Positions 51,076 through 64,000 of a stretch of 64,000 nucleotides of DNA are shown here, piece after piece. Below the pieces are notes generated by a model. The model did not search any database. It saw only the letters and a program-made list of their open reading frames with translations, and was not told the origin of the DNA. Positions within the stretch are counted from its first letter, which is position 1, and each line of letters begins with the position of its first letter. Origin of the DNA: Tubiluchus corallicola (taxonomy: Eukaryota; Animalia; Priapulida); NCBI GenBank assembly GCA_030141605.1, contig JAQGDQ010000537.1, forward strand, positions 1 through 64,000. The letters run 5' to 3'. The position numbers and the translations under genes were made by a program.

Positions 51076-51660
51076 ATTGTAGTTAAAAACAACACAACTT
51101 TAATAAAAAACTTTTACATTAAAAAGTTAAAAGTTAAAATCAAACCAAACGTTTCGCATAGCTGCTGCTGTCATCAGTGGTAAATTTACAAAAAACAACC
51201 AGTTTATGTAGGCAGAGCCTACAGTATAGAACATTATGCACTAATAGCAGTGTAATGAATGAATATGTAATGATTAAGCAGACCAGTAGAAAAGAAATTG
51301 ATACAGTAACTTATGCACTAATTATGTATTTACAAAAGCCAAATAGGTAATGATTAAGCAGACCTGAAAAATTGATACAGTAACAAATAGCTAAGTGTTT
51401 GACAATAAAGTTAGAGGAATTGAACTGCTTTGCACATTAAGAGAAGGCTTATTAGGGTACATAGATAAACTTTCTTTTATTAATAAGTCCCAGTTATTTG
51501 TAGTTCTGGTCACAATGCTGAAATTGTTAAAATCAGCTTTGTGGCCAGAGGCACAAATATGGTTATTAATGCTGGATTAAGTAGAATTTTTTAATATTTT
51601 GCCAGTTCTAATGAAGTTGTGTTGTTTTTAACTACAAATGTGTTTACGTGCCTGTAATAC
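51076..51660 (-). mobile_element. Penelope-like 3' remnant with an inverted terminal piece
   Basis: Minus strand encodes the GIY-YIG end (..GHKADFNNFSIVTRTTNNWDLLIKE..KPSLNVQSSSIPLTLL), followed by 3' UTR and a hammerhead-like motif. 51614-51637 inverts 51077-51100. Possible TSD TGTT(A/G)AAATA. Confidence 0.85.
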
Positions 51661-52092
51661 TTTGTTGAAATACGTCTAGAGTGAAATAGCGAATGTTGAT
51701 TATTAAATGCAAGTAATACATGTCGCTTTATCATTTCTTTACACAGAGCAAAATATCAATTATTATTATTACTATCATTATTAATCATTATAATTAATTA
51801 TCGATGTTTGTGTGTTTTGTTGTATAAATTTTATTCATAATTTTATTGAAAATTCTTAAATAAATTTTTTGAGAGTATAATAATTATATTTTATGAATGG
51901 ATTCTTCCTATAACATATTTATATTATGTGTTAAAATCTTAAAAATACAGTCAAAATGATAATTATAAATATGTAATTGTGTTATTATTGTTATTATCAA
52001 TTTCTTGGCTTTTGCTGGTCAAATTAGAATAGTCGTAAGGGAAATTCATGAAGTGCCACCACACACTGCATTGTTGACTTTCATTTCAATAT

Positions 52093-52794
52093 TAGGGGTG
52101 AGCATCGAAAGTTTAATTTCGATTCAAACAAGTTTTTTAGTTCGAATTCGTTTCAAACCTAAAATTGTGGATGCGAATAATATGTTTACCATTGAAACAT
52201 CATGCAATCAGCACAATTTAACTGCGATTTCTGGTCGCAAAAATACGGGTGCTGTACCTCTCAGTTCAGATGTGTGAAAGTGCACACGTTCAACAGCGCA
52301 TGCGTGAGCACAGCGGTAAATTTAAAATTTCAATTTTTATCTTAAAATTTGCCTAGTTTTAGTACAACACACTGAATATCTTACAGTAGCACCGCACTTC
52401 AATTTTCGCTTTCACAAACACGTGCAACACGCTCATGGAATATTTTTGCTGTTGAAAATTATGTTAGTTTGTGATGTTATCAATAGTTGGGCTCGCCCGC
52501 CGTTAATTAAGTTTTTAATCTATTATTTAATTATCAGAAACGCTTTTGCAGTATTAATTGTGTTAAGTTTTTATATCGGACTTGAAAATGGGGTAGTATA
52601 TGAAACATCGCCCTGTCTTCCTTTAAGCAAATTGTTACTGTTAGTTTTTTTCCTGCAGAACAAAATCAAGCATTTATGCACGATCTTCAAAATTGAATTC
52701 AAATTCGAAATCTGGAAATTTGGTTTGATTCTATTTCGAAAGTCACAAATTCAATTCGATTCGAATTCGCTTTCTGGTAGATTGCTCACCCCTA
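52093..52794. mobile_element. TIR element (hAT-like termini) with a nested family A fragment (52245-52622)
   Basis: Perfect 12-bp TIR TAGGGGTGAGCA / TGCTCACCCCTA and TTCGAA-rich subtermini; no convincing TSD. Confidence 0.6.
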
Positions 52795-55590
52795 TTTACA
52801 AATGAACTTTTTACTCTCGGACATAGCTGACCACAGTGTATACTCAGCCACTGAAGTTTAGCATTACTGAGCTGAGTTAGTGTATGGATTGAAGCCCAAC
52901 GCAAAAATTGTTTTGAGTTGTTCAATCTGCAACGCCGCCTCATATTTCTGCCGTTGAACGAGGAGGCATACAATTTACAAATATAAACATAGCGAACACA
53001 TCTATGCCTGTTCAGAATTCCATCCAGGTGCAGTGCTAGATTTCACTACAGCCACAATGCTCATCAAAATAAATAGGTCTGCCAGTAAAGACTCGACATC
53101 GGTTTGCAGCGTTCCAAACTAGGTAAAAGTCGTTTGTAGTTTATAAATGGTTAAAAATGTTTAGCAGAAAAGCACTCTGGCGCCATTAGCAAAAAGCACT
53201 GTGCCGCCATCTTCAGTGATTAAAAATTTAAAACAAATAAAAACTTGCCACATTTTACAGAGACCATGACAAAACAAACAGCAAAAAATTGTGATAAGAA
53301 ACACCATACATGTATCTCAAGTAAGGAATTTTCTAAGTAAAGACAAATTTAACAAAAACGAAAACGCTCAAACGCTGATAATAAGATTGACATTGAAACC
53401 AATAGCCCGATGACGTCATGACTGCAATAATTATACTGAAGGAACAAAAAGACGAACAAAGGACATGCGCCTCTGATGGAGCATAAGGATAAACAGTTAT
53501 TCAATTAAAAGGCTAAAGGTTCTAGGAAAGAGACAGACAGTTTAGGGTTGGTAAATGATTAGAAAAACCCTGAAATGAGGATAGGTGTTCTGCATAAGAA
53601 CATCACAAATGTTGGAAAACTTCTAATGTACTCACATGCCATGTGGAACACACAAAAATGACTTACAACTCTTATTGAGGCTTACATCACGCACTCTCAT
53701 CACTGGCTTTCTGTCCTGCCAAGGCTCTAAACCAAGAACGCCAAGCTGCCACGTTGTCAAGAATGCCAAGTTGCCACGATGCCAAGCCGCCAAGAATGCC
53801 ACGATGCCAAGCTACCAAGAACGCCAAGAATGCCAAGCTGCCAAGAATGCCAAGCCGCCAAAAACGTCATGGATGCGAATAATATGTTTACCATTGAAAC
53901 ATCATGCAATCAGCACAATTTAACTGCGATTTCTGGTCGCAAAAATACGGGTGCTGTACCTCTCAGTTCAGATGTGTGAAAGTGCACACGTTCAACAGCG
54001 CATGCGTGAGCACAGCGGTAAATTTAAAATTTCAATTTTTATCTTAAAATTTGCCTAGTTTTAGTACAACACACTGAATATCTTACAGTAGCACCGCACT
54101 TCAATTTTCGCTTTCACAAACACGTGCAACACGCTCATGGAATATTTTTGCTGTTGAAAATTATGTTAGTTTGTGATGTTATCAATAGTTGGGCTCGCCC
54201 GCCGTTAATTAAGTTTTTAATCTATTATTTAATTATCAGAAACGCTTTTGCAGTATTAATTGTGTTAAGTTTTTATATCGGACTTGAAAATGGGGTAGTA
54301 TATGAAACATCGCCCTGTCTTCCTTTAAGCAAATTGTTACTGTTAGTTTTTTTCCTGCAGAACAAAATCAAGCATTTATGCACGATCTTCAAAATTGAAT
54401 TCAAATTCGAAATCTGGAAATTTGGTTTGATTCTATTTCGAAAGTCACAAATTCAATTCGATTCGAATTCGCTTTCTGGTAGATTGCTCACCCCTATTTA
54501 CAAATGAACTTTTTACTCTCGGACATAGCTGACCACAGTGTATACTCAGCCACTGAAGTTTAGCATTACTGAGCTGAGTTAGTGTATGGATTGAAGCCCA
54601 ACGCAAAAATTGTTTTGAGTTGTTCAATCTGCAACGCCGCCTCATATTTCTGCCGTTGAACGAGGAGGCATACAATTTACAAATATAAACATAGCGAACA
54701 CATCTATGCCTGTTCAGAATTCCATCCAGGTGCAGTGCTAGATTTCACTACAGCCACAATGCTCATCAAAATAAATAGGTCTGCCAGTAAAGACTCGACA
54801 TCGGTTTGCAGCGTTCCAAACTAGGTAAAAGTCGTTTGTAGTTTATAAATGGTTAAAAATGTTTAGCAGAAAAGCACTCTGGCGCCATTAGCAAAAAGCA
54901 CTGTGCCGCCATCTTCAGTGATTAAAAATTTAAAACAAATAAAAACTTGCCACATTTTACAGAGACCATGACAAAACAAACAGCAAAAAATTGTGATAAG
55001 AAACACCATACATGTATCTCAAGTAAGGAATTTTCTAAGTAAAGACAAATTTAACAAAAACGAAAACGCTCAAACGCTGATAATAAGATTGACATTGAAA
55101 CCAATAGCCCGATGACGTCATGACTGCAATAATTATACTGAAGGAACAAAAAGACGAACAAAGGACATGCGCCTCTGATGGAGCATAAGGATAAACAGTT
55201 ATTCAATTAAAAGGCTAAAGGTTCTAGGAAAGAGACAGACAGTTTAGGGTTGGTAAATGATTAGAAAAACCCTGAAATGAGGATAGGTGTTCTGCATAAG
55301 AACATCACAAATGTTGGAAAACTTCTAATGTACTCACATGCCATGTGGAACACACTAAAATGACTTACAACTCTTATTGAGGCTTACATCACGCACTCTC
55401 ATCACTGGCTTTCTGTCCTGCCAAGGCTCTAAACCAAGAACGCCAAGCTGCCACGTTGTCAAGAATGCCAAGTTGCCACGATGCCAAGCCGCCAAGAATG
55501 CCACGATGCCAAGCTACCAAGAACGCCAAGAATGCCAAGCTGCCAAGAATGCCAAGCTGCCAAGAATGCCAAGCCGCCAAAAACGTCATG
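52168..55590. repeat. Near-identical 1702-bp tandem duplication
   Basis: Identical ORFs at 52422/54124 and 52743/54445 (offset 1702); junction at 53869/53870. Confidence 0.97.
53718..53860. repeat. GCCAAG-based short tandem repeat (also at 55420-55627)
   Basis: GCCAAGCT/GCCAAGAAT units. Confidence 0.9.
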
Positions 55591-57599
55591 CTGACAATAT
55601 TACCAAGCTGCCAAGAATGCCAAGCCAGATTGATTGACAGACAGACAGACGAATTGGCTGACAAGCAATTGGATCTTCTTATAGAAATTGTTATTTTTTT
55701 ATTTTCTTCCGCATACATAGAGAAAGATTTCATCAAGCAATATATAAATGTATGGGGACATGGTTGAAATTTATTTAAGAATTTCCAGTTCATATTTAAT
55801 ATTTATGTTCAATATTGGGAAATATTTAACGAACATGCATTTGCTTTGGCATCCAACTCAACATTTCTCTAAGTGTAATCAAATCGTGATACGTGGGGGC
55901 AAGTTATTGCAACAACATGTAAAAATAATTAAAAAGTAGATTTTTTAGATATTTTTAAAATGTGCAGGTCACTGATTCCATTGTTATGCTAATGTCTCAT
56001 ACCATTTCACAGGAAATGTAAGCTATTACTGATAAGCTATTATCAGAATAATGAACTGACTGACTGACTGACTGACTAATTACCTAGCTTAACTGCCTAG
56101 CTAACTAACTAATTTGATTACAAAAAGTGCAGTCTTGAATAGAGTTAGTGTACCCATTGCTGAAATGATGGTCTATTTGCAACGTGTAAACTATTACCAC
56201 GATTAGTGTCATTCAAAATTTTACAGGTTAATTTAATTGCTCCATTGAAAGGAAAACTTGTCAAATATGAATCAATATATTGAAATTAAACAATAAAATT
56301 ATATAAATTACTGTTCATTTATTCATAATTTTATAGCAGCAATGTTTAACAATTTTGACCTTATGAGATTCAGATTTCGCGTTTAATGATTTTTATTAAT
56401 ACTTTTTTCAGTATTGTCAGCCAAATTCTATTTTTTTATTTAATTTGAAACAGCTAGTTAAAGCAAAAGTAGCAACTGTTAATGCTATTAAATTATATCC
56501 GGGGAAAATCAGCAGATTACTAATCGTAGTGGTGATGAAACTACCATCTTTGCAATCAGTAACTCTAAGCCAATAAGCTAAAACTCATGAAACCTTGTGA
56601 AACCATGCTTAGCCCCTGTAGGTGGAAGACATGAGAAAGTTGCAACCAACATCAAGCATCTTTTGCACTAATGATCTTTACAAAAGAACATTATGCACAT
56701 TAAAATCACTATAATAATTTGATTGTTCAATTTCAATTGTTTTTGCTCAATGTTTGGCAAGGCAATATGCACAAAGCATTTATTGTATAAATTCCAAAAT
56801 GACTTAACTGCTAATATTTAGTCTAAAAATGCTTGGAGCATGTACTAGTATAAATCGCTCTCCAAGTCTTAAGAAAACAAACTTATTCAAAAGAACATAA
56901 ATAAGTTTATATTCTTAATACAACAAACTAAAACACAAATATCCAAAAAATTTATTCACTATTTCAAGTATGTTTCAGAAGGCTTAAAATGGGCTGGACC
57001 TCCTAGCTGAGAGGCCGGGGAAGTTATCTACAGCTTCCCCAGCCTTTGCATCTGCCTTTCTGCTGGGTTGCATTTGGACCTCTCCCTTTCAAAAATAAAA
57101 ATTGAATTATTGGATTGGTCCCTGCGGACAAGGGTTGCCGTTCATACCATTTTCAAGGTCTTCAGCACGTCTAGTCTGTAAGTTTCATACACTGTAAGAT
57201 AACTGGACACTAGATAGTTTGGACATATATATTGCATTTGGACATTTTGCACAAGAACTGAAAACTTCTAAGAGTAGGCGTTTAGATTAGTGTATCCTGT
57301 TTTTCAATGTCTAACCCCTGTCACAATACAGTATTCCAAACATTATGAGAGACGAGGCATACTTCTTTTTAAGCACGTTCGCAAGCCACTTCTGTAAGAT
57401 AGATAAGATCTCAATGTGCGAGGCAAGGCCAATCTAATGAACGAAAGGCTGTAACCTTGTCTGATAATTTAACAACGATTGGATCTTTGGAATCGAGAAC
57501 ACAGCGGTTATTAACAGTTTTGACTTGCGATGATAACCGCTAAGTGATATTACAGAAAGGGGGAGAGACAGACAGACAGACAAACGAGAGAAATAGAAC

Positions 57600-58260
57600 A
57601 GGAAAGTACAGATCAGGACAGGACAGGACAGGACAGATAAAGACAGAACAGAATAGAATAAAATACATTTATTTTACAACAACAAATGCAACGATACAAT
57701 AATATAATAACAATAAAAAGAAAGTTGTTGTAAGGAGGAAGAAGGAGCAAGTACTTTTTACTCTTCCTCCTCCAGGTTGGACACCACAACTGATAACATC
57801 ACTCTATAACTACATAAATTCAATTGCAAAAACAAGATTGTAAATTTCGGGAAACCTGTCAAATTTTTATGGAACAACTACAACATCACACAAGGGAAAC
57901 ACTTGAACATTTGAAAAGCTCTTAACACAATTCTATTGAACTAACAATAATTCTTACAACAGATGCGTCGAAAAAACGTTTACTCGGTAGATTATAAATA
58001 ACAATCAAACAAAAAACTTGTTTAATTGATTTTTTAAACTTACTCAAACTAAACATTTTCAATTCATCAGGGATTTTCAACGAAAGTTTTATAGCACTCG
58101 GTATTTTTATATTTAGTCTAGTGCTGTGGCATAAAGTAATTAGTAGATGCAGTATAGTGATCATGAGTATGGAGAACTGGAGTAAAACATTTAGGAGGAA
58201 AACTGGAAGAGAAGGTTACCATACTCTGAATTTCGAAAGCAAATTCTCTTATTAAAATCA
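57600..58260 (-). pseudogene. L2/Crack-like LINE 3' remnant with simple-repeat tail
   Basis: Minus strand gives ..HDHYT..AIKLSLKIPDELKMFSLSKFKKSIKQ, resembling L2-group ORF2 C-termini, followed by AATAAA and a (TTCTA/TCCTG)n tail near 57600-57672. Confidence 0.5.
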
Positions 58261-58422
58261 TATAGTCATTTAATGAGCGTCAACTTAGCGTTCATTGTTT
58301 GATCATTTTCCATTTTTTTCCGATTTTATTCACCTAGTGAATAACCCAAAGCTACATATTAACACTATAAATGATGCAAAAAAGTTTGAATTGCTAGAAA
58401 CCTATTTACGAAATTTTATTTT

Positions 58423-58483
58423 GCGGGATTTGAACTCACAACCGTAATGTCTGTAGACGAACACGTTACTCGTTGCGCCATCC
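58423..58483 (-). pseudogene. Degenerate tRNA-like sequence
   Basis: Minus strand TGGCGCAACGAG (A box)...GAGTTCAAATCCC (B box); stems incomplete. Confidence 0.45.
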
Positions 58484-61074
58484 AAACAAATGACGTCATC
58501 ATACAGCAAGAAGCCTTACCAATGCGCACACAAATAGATCTTAAAATTACAGATGTCGCCACACGAATAAAATTTAAAAATACATAGCAACCAATACAAA
58601 GAATTATAACGCACCACAAACTGTTTGGGAAACCGCGAAAAATATATGCAAATACTCACTCAAAGATGTCGCCACGTGATAAAGTTTAAAATACACGTAG
58701 ACAACAATGCTAAACAACTGTAACGTACCACAAACTGTTTGAGAAAAGCAACTCTATATATAAATAAGTTTTCGGCTTTGTAATAAGTGGGGATGGCATC
58801 TCCGATAGAATAACTGGTCATACGACAGGGCTCTAGGAATGTGTGACCTCCATCGGATGGAACTGTAGAGTACGCACAATACTAAGTACGATAGCCGATA
58901 GGCGGTAGCTATTGTATGATTAGTTATATGGCTGTACAGTATACCGTAAAAAATGCTGCATGGAGGTAGCCCAGAAGCTTGTGGTATGACCCATCTGAGG
59001 GGACGAGTCCTTTTTGCAAAATTAAATTTTGGTTTGAAAGCTTTACGTCTCCAGTGGTGACCTGAATTATGTTTAAAACGTTTTAAAACCAAAATTGGAT
59101 TTTTTTTGAAGTCCCAAAATTCTTTTCTGGAATTCTGGCATGCAAACAAGCATTAGACATGCAAACTGTAGACATCTTTTGAAATTTTATAAGCTCTTTA
59201 GTTTTACAAGTTACCTTGAATTGCGAGTAAAACGGTATTTCTATTTTTAAGTAAAATCGTGATGTCACAGGCTTTAAAATGGCAGACTGACGAAAGAATA
59301 TTAAAAAGATTTGCAAGGCTGGTGCTCTCTTTTTTGAAAACAACTGCAAGCTTCCCAATAGCAGTATATCACCATCCAGCTTTCACTCTTTTGCATTTAA
59401 TAACTAAAAGTAGTGCACTGCACGTCAAAGCATGAAATCAGCGTGGCCATAAGTTCGAGTGGCTTGTACTTGCTTTCTAGCCTGGGTCATTTTGCTGAAA
59501 GAAAAAAATGCTTCATAGTATTCTGCACATGTGTGAACTTGAAATTTTATGCATTAATACTGTACTTACGTCATAACAAGCAGCAAGTCTGCCAATAATT
59601 TAGATATAATTATCCTAGTTAAACTGCAAATTTTGTAATGCTTTGAAGCCTAAAGCTACAGTGAATGATTGGGGATCTTGCCTATCTCCACATTTAAGTT
59701 AAAACATAACAAAAAGAATGCGTACACTAGCTCTGTTTGCCTCTACAAAAATTATATATATTAGCTTTAGTTGAAGAAAAGCGATCGACGCCCCATCTTT
59801 GTAAACACTTACAGTAAAGCTCTCGACGTTTCAATAAAACAGTACAATTAAACAAAAGTTGTAGATAGCTGTTTAAAAATGAGGTTAAACTTTAAAACAA
59901 AAGTTGAAAAACGAGGAAACAAAAGTCGTACTGGTCTGGTCTTCTGAATTCTCGGCGCCATGAAATGGGCTTTCATTTTGCAGTAGGTCACTATATTTAA
60001 TCTCATAATGCCTGATTCTATCACGAAGCACTTGGTAGTGAAAAAGTGTAGAATACACAAAAAAATTAATATCGAATTATCGACCCCGGGATCAAATTTA
60101 CGTTCAATCCCACATGCGCTCCAATGTTTAAATGATCAACGAGACCAATTTTATTTCAATGCATTTCCAAATAATTGCTTGACAGACGTTATAATAATTA
60201 GAGATTCGTAGGATATGTAAGTTTATAAAGTTTGGCAGCAACCGCAGTCAATAGACCAGTGTTTACAATTTACCTTGCACTGCTGCTTGCTGCTTGCTGC
60301 TTTGCAGCCACAGAATAGGAAAACTAAAATTGCTTAAACAGTAGCGCCTGCGCAAGCCGCGACACTTTTGATGTCATACAAAAGTTGAAAAACGAGGAAG
60401 CAAAAGTCGTACTGGTCCCGTCTTCTTAATGCGAGTTCTTTTCTGTGCTGTTTACACGGAAGCGAGTTGTTTATTGTTATTACTTAGCAGTAAGGCAATG
60501 CAAGTTGATTACATGGAAGCGCATTGTTTACATGGCAGCAAGTCAATGTGAGTTTACATGGAAGCGAGTTGTTTACCGTGTTGTTTACATGGGAGCAAGT
60601 AAACGTGAGTTGTTTACATAGAAAGATGTGCAGCTCCGTTGCTCTAGGTCATCATAGATGCTAAGAATTTTTCTTGTACATCAAAACTGATCAACTACCA
60701 TTTTCCATTATTATTAATTGATTGACAAAACCAATTACATTGTTGGAATTTGAGTGCTATCGATTTGTTATACTAAACTAACCGTTACATTTGGTTAAAT
60801 GTTTTGCAGTTACTAAGGTGATCTTTATGCTATGTAACAACTGTGATTACTGAAAACAATATTTATTTCTCAATACTTTAACCATTTGTGTTTCCCAAGC
60901 ACTAAAGCATGAAATGAATGTTCTCAAAGTCAGTAGATTTGACCATTAACTGTGAAACCTTTTCATACCAAGACGTGTTAATAATTCATACATGTCTTTG
61001 CAAATATAGATATTTTGTTTCGCCAAAAATTTGTGCATTCGGTAATGTTAGCCTTATAAAGGGGGCGTTACAAT

Positions 61075-61550
61075 CAGAAGCGGCTCGTAGTTTAAGCTAG
61101 TGGGGTGCAGCTTCAGAAAGTTCATTGTTTTAATGTGTAAAACGAAACAAACATACAGAAATTTTTACATAAATTTGATAAAATCCTAAACAAAACCCAC
61201 TGTTCAAGAATATGCTGGCAGATTTTTAATCAAATGACAACTGACAACAAACTGTATGAGCGGCAGTACATTCTCTTACTAGCATCAGACGCTAGCAGTG
61301 CAGCGTACAGTGTGTTACCTCAGACACGTGCGCATGCGCACAACAGACAACAAACACACCACATTACTTCAGCTGTGAGCGCACTGTACTGGGCCTGTAA
61401 AGCGAATAGTTCTGTCATGTGCTCTGGACCGTACAAGTATAAAGAAAGAATAAAAGAAGAAAGACTTATTGTAATGAATATTTATCCATAATATTGAAAG
61501 AAAACAGGGGGTGCTGCAGTTCCACAGTACCTATACACGAGCCGCCACTG
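61075..61550. mobile_element. Family F hAT-like MITE
   Basis: CAGAAGCGGCTCGT...ACGAGCCGCCACTG; TSD GTTACAAT / ATTACAAC (6/8). Confidence 0.85.
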
Positions 61551-62181
61551 ATTACAACGAAGTTTGACTTTACATGTAAGAAGCTTATAATACAAGGTAA
61601 TACTTTACATAAATTGAACAAATAAAGAGGCTCTCAAGAGCTTTATGTATAATGATGAATTTGCCCATCACAAAGCTGTGTGATTTTTGAAACAAACAAA
61701 TTCACAGAATTTAAACAACACTCACATACATACTATAAAACAAGTCTTATACCAATGAAAATACGAGTGGTAAAACTCACACCGTTTTAAATTATGCAAT
61801 AAACGACAATAATTAGCAAGAAACTTACAGTAATTTTTCCATAACAGAAAACGTATCAAATTTAAGAATAACATTGAGAGAAGAAGAATTAATACAGCTG
61901 CAAGAAGCGATCTTAAGCTTTCTGATAAACCTAAAATGAACACTTACACAAAACAAAGAACTGACTCAAACAAAAGTTTAAGAAAATCATGTATAGCTTG
62001 TGACATCAAATTAAACCGCACTTTAACGGGGCGATTTAGAACGGAAAACTTTGAAGAGGAACATATTTCAGTGGAAACTGAAGCTTATGGCAGTCTACAA
62101 ACTAGGAAATTAGTACGTTCAATGTAGTAACACAATAACAGGAATTGTTTCTTGCAGGTATTGTCAAAGTAAAAACAGTTA

Positions 62182-62897
62182 CAGAAAGTCCTCGCTTAAC
62201 GACTCCTTGTTTTACGACGTTTCGTTCTAACGACGCTGAACATTTGACACCTTTTTTCACTTAACGACGCACGTTTAATTTTTTTTTACTTTGCTCGCAG
62301 TCATTTCTATGTTATCAAAAACTTTTTTTACCTAATTTGAAGCATTAAAGCAGTACAAATTGCGTTATTTTGTTCCAAAAACGCATTAATAACCTAAACA
62401 GTGCAATTATTATATGTTTCTGCTTTCAGACAGCCCACGTACTAAATTTTATCCTTTTGTATCAAGCGAGATCTATTTGCCGATTTATATGCTTCCAGGC
62501 ACCCGAGTTTAAACTTTATGCCAAGGAATTTCATCTGCAACTTGCTATAACCAGATTGCTACTACCTGAAATTGTCTCAAGATCATTTCATGCAGGGCTT
62601 GGCTTCACTGGGCTGTGTTTAACTGCTAAGTGCCTATATATAGGCTTCAAGAGACCGCCAATAAGTCTAGCTAGATACTGATAAGAAAGATAGGTGGTTA
62701 TAAGCAAACAGGAAGAAAAGTTGAGCAGAAATATAAATAAAACTCATAAAACACTTGATGTATATGATTTAAACAGCACTGATTTTTGCTTCTAGAACGT
62801 ATCTCAATTCTTTTTCATTACTTCTTGTGGAAGTCCTGGTTTCACTTAACGTCGCATTTTGCTGGAACGCACAGCGTCGTTAAGCGAGGACTTACTG
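62182..62897. mobile_element. Tc1/mariner (pogo/Tigger-like) MITE
   Basis: TA|CAGAAAGTCCTCGCTTAACGAC...GTCGTTAAGCGAGGACTTACTG|TA, with subterminal TAACGAC repeats. Confidence 0.88.
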
Positions 62898-63379
62898 TAA
62901 ATTAATCCTATATGTGCTTGTTTATGAGAAAATTAGTGGTTATATCACAATAATACTACAAAAACACATGCACAAAGCAATGTATCTTGTAAAATAAACA
63001 ATAATAAACAGGCTTTTAACAATAATTTAAAACAAAATAGAAGCTGTCATGCAAAAATGAACAATAGGCAAAAATTTGCAATATCAACCATAGAAAAAAG
63101 TGTGATGTCTACTGGTTTATTTACTCTATTGCAGCTTGCTATTGTTACAAATTTGTGTACAGTATTTTTTACATTTTATGTGTGCTACTATTACATGTGT
63201 TTATTATTGCATTTTGTAGTTTATTTGTAATTGTTACTTTTTTCTACTAATGGCTGAAGCTATTACTGTGGTATAACCACTACGTTTCTTCTCTTAAATG
63301 TAACTGTGTAGGGATTTTGACAATGCTTGTAAAAATGGGAAAATGTGCACGCAAGGAACATCACATACTGTTATGTAAC

Positions 63380-63713
63380 CAAGGGCTGTGGAGTCGAAGT
63401 TGGAGACATGGAGTCTGAGTCGGCAGGAAATTTATTGTTAGAGGAGTCGGTGTTAGAGTCGGTAAAAATAGACAAACTCAGACTTCTGTTACTTTTAACT
63501 TATAACCCATCTATGCATAATGTCCCATTTTGGGACGCTACAATATTGGTGTCTATGCAGCTAGACTGTTTTTCCAGCATAAGAAGTAGTGATGAAATGC
63601 CACTGTAGCTAAATATTGAGAGTACTACAAACTATTACTTAAAGGCAGGAGTCGGGAGTGGGGGAGTACGATCCTAAATTTCAGGAGTTTAATGTACCAA
63701 CTCCACAGTCCTG
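63380..63713. mobile_element. hAT-like MITE with GGAGTC subterminal repeats
   Basis: CAAGGGCTGTGGAGT...ACTCCACAGTCCTG; TSD TATGTAAC / TATGAAAA (6/8). Confidence 0.7.
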
Positions 63714-64000
63714 TATGAAAATACACTGGTGGAGTAGATTCCACAAACGAAATTAATGTGGAGTAAATTCCATTTTCCGCCAAAATATATTAATGTAGAT
63801 TTCACAACAACTGTTGCCGTCAGCATTTCTTTCCCGTCTTTCTGTTGTCCCCTGTTATTCAATATTTCATAGATTTGCTAACAAAACAAATTTTTCAGAA
63901 CAAGGAACATGTAATGTAAGTTATTACAAAGCTTACCGTATTTATATATATATATATAAACTTTATTTATTTTAAGTGGATAGAACTCATAGTTCTATGG

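Noticed and set aside
52422-52805. Repeated ORFs such as MLKCILFTGLE/MQHAHGIF as a gene family
   Set aside because: They lie within family A MITE copies; frames are not conserved among copies and there are no transposase motifs.
58754-59358. Minus-strand ORFs as exons of a neighbouring gene
   Set aside because: No recognisable domain or consistent splice structure in the frames examined.

Overview
AT-rich animal (invertebrate-type) genomic DNA with spliceosomal introns, dense microsatellites and many short non-autonomous transposons. One protein-coding gene can be reconstructed: a plus-strand synaptotagmin-12-like gene with 9 coding exons (32947-48998; 1323 nt, 440 aa). It has an N-terminal TM helix and two C2 domains, all introns are GT-AG, and exon phases are consistent. 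The rest consists of TTAA-flanked Kolobok-like MITE families (A, B, E), a TA-flanked MITE family (C), hAT-like and Tc1/pogo-like MITEs, CR1/L2 remnants, Penelope-like 3' remnants carrying a hammerhead-ribozyme-like motif, tRNA- and 5S-derived sequences, a 2.9-kb 107-bp satellite, several minisatellites and a near-identical 1.7-kb tandem duplication. No prokaryotic system or CRISPR array is present, and I cannot claim a new biological system. The most unusual structures are (i) two independent inverted 'element end + captured flank + full element' duplications plus an A/B chimeric MITE, (ii) Penelope hammerhead motifs, one on the sense strand of a Syt12 intron, (iii) back-to-back tRNA-like palindromes, and (iv) MITEs immediately after splice donors and inverted MITE pairs flanking exons. 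Family assignments come from terminal motifs and remembered consensus features, not database searches.
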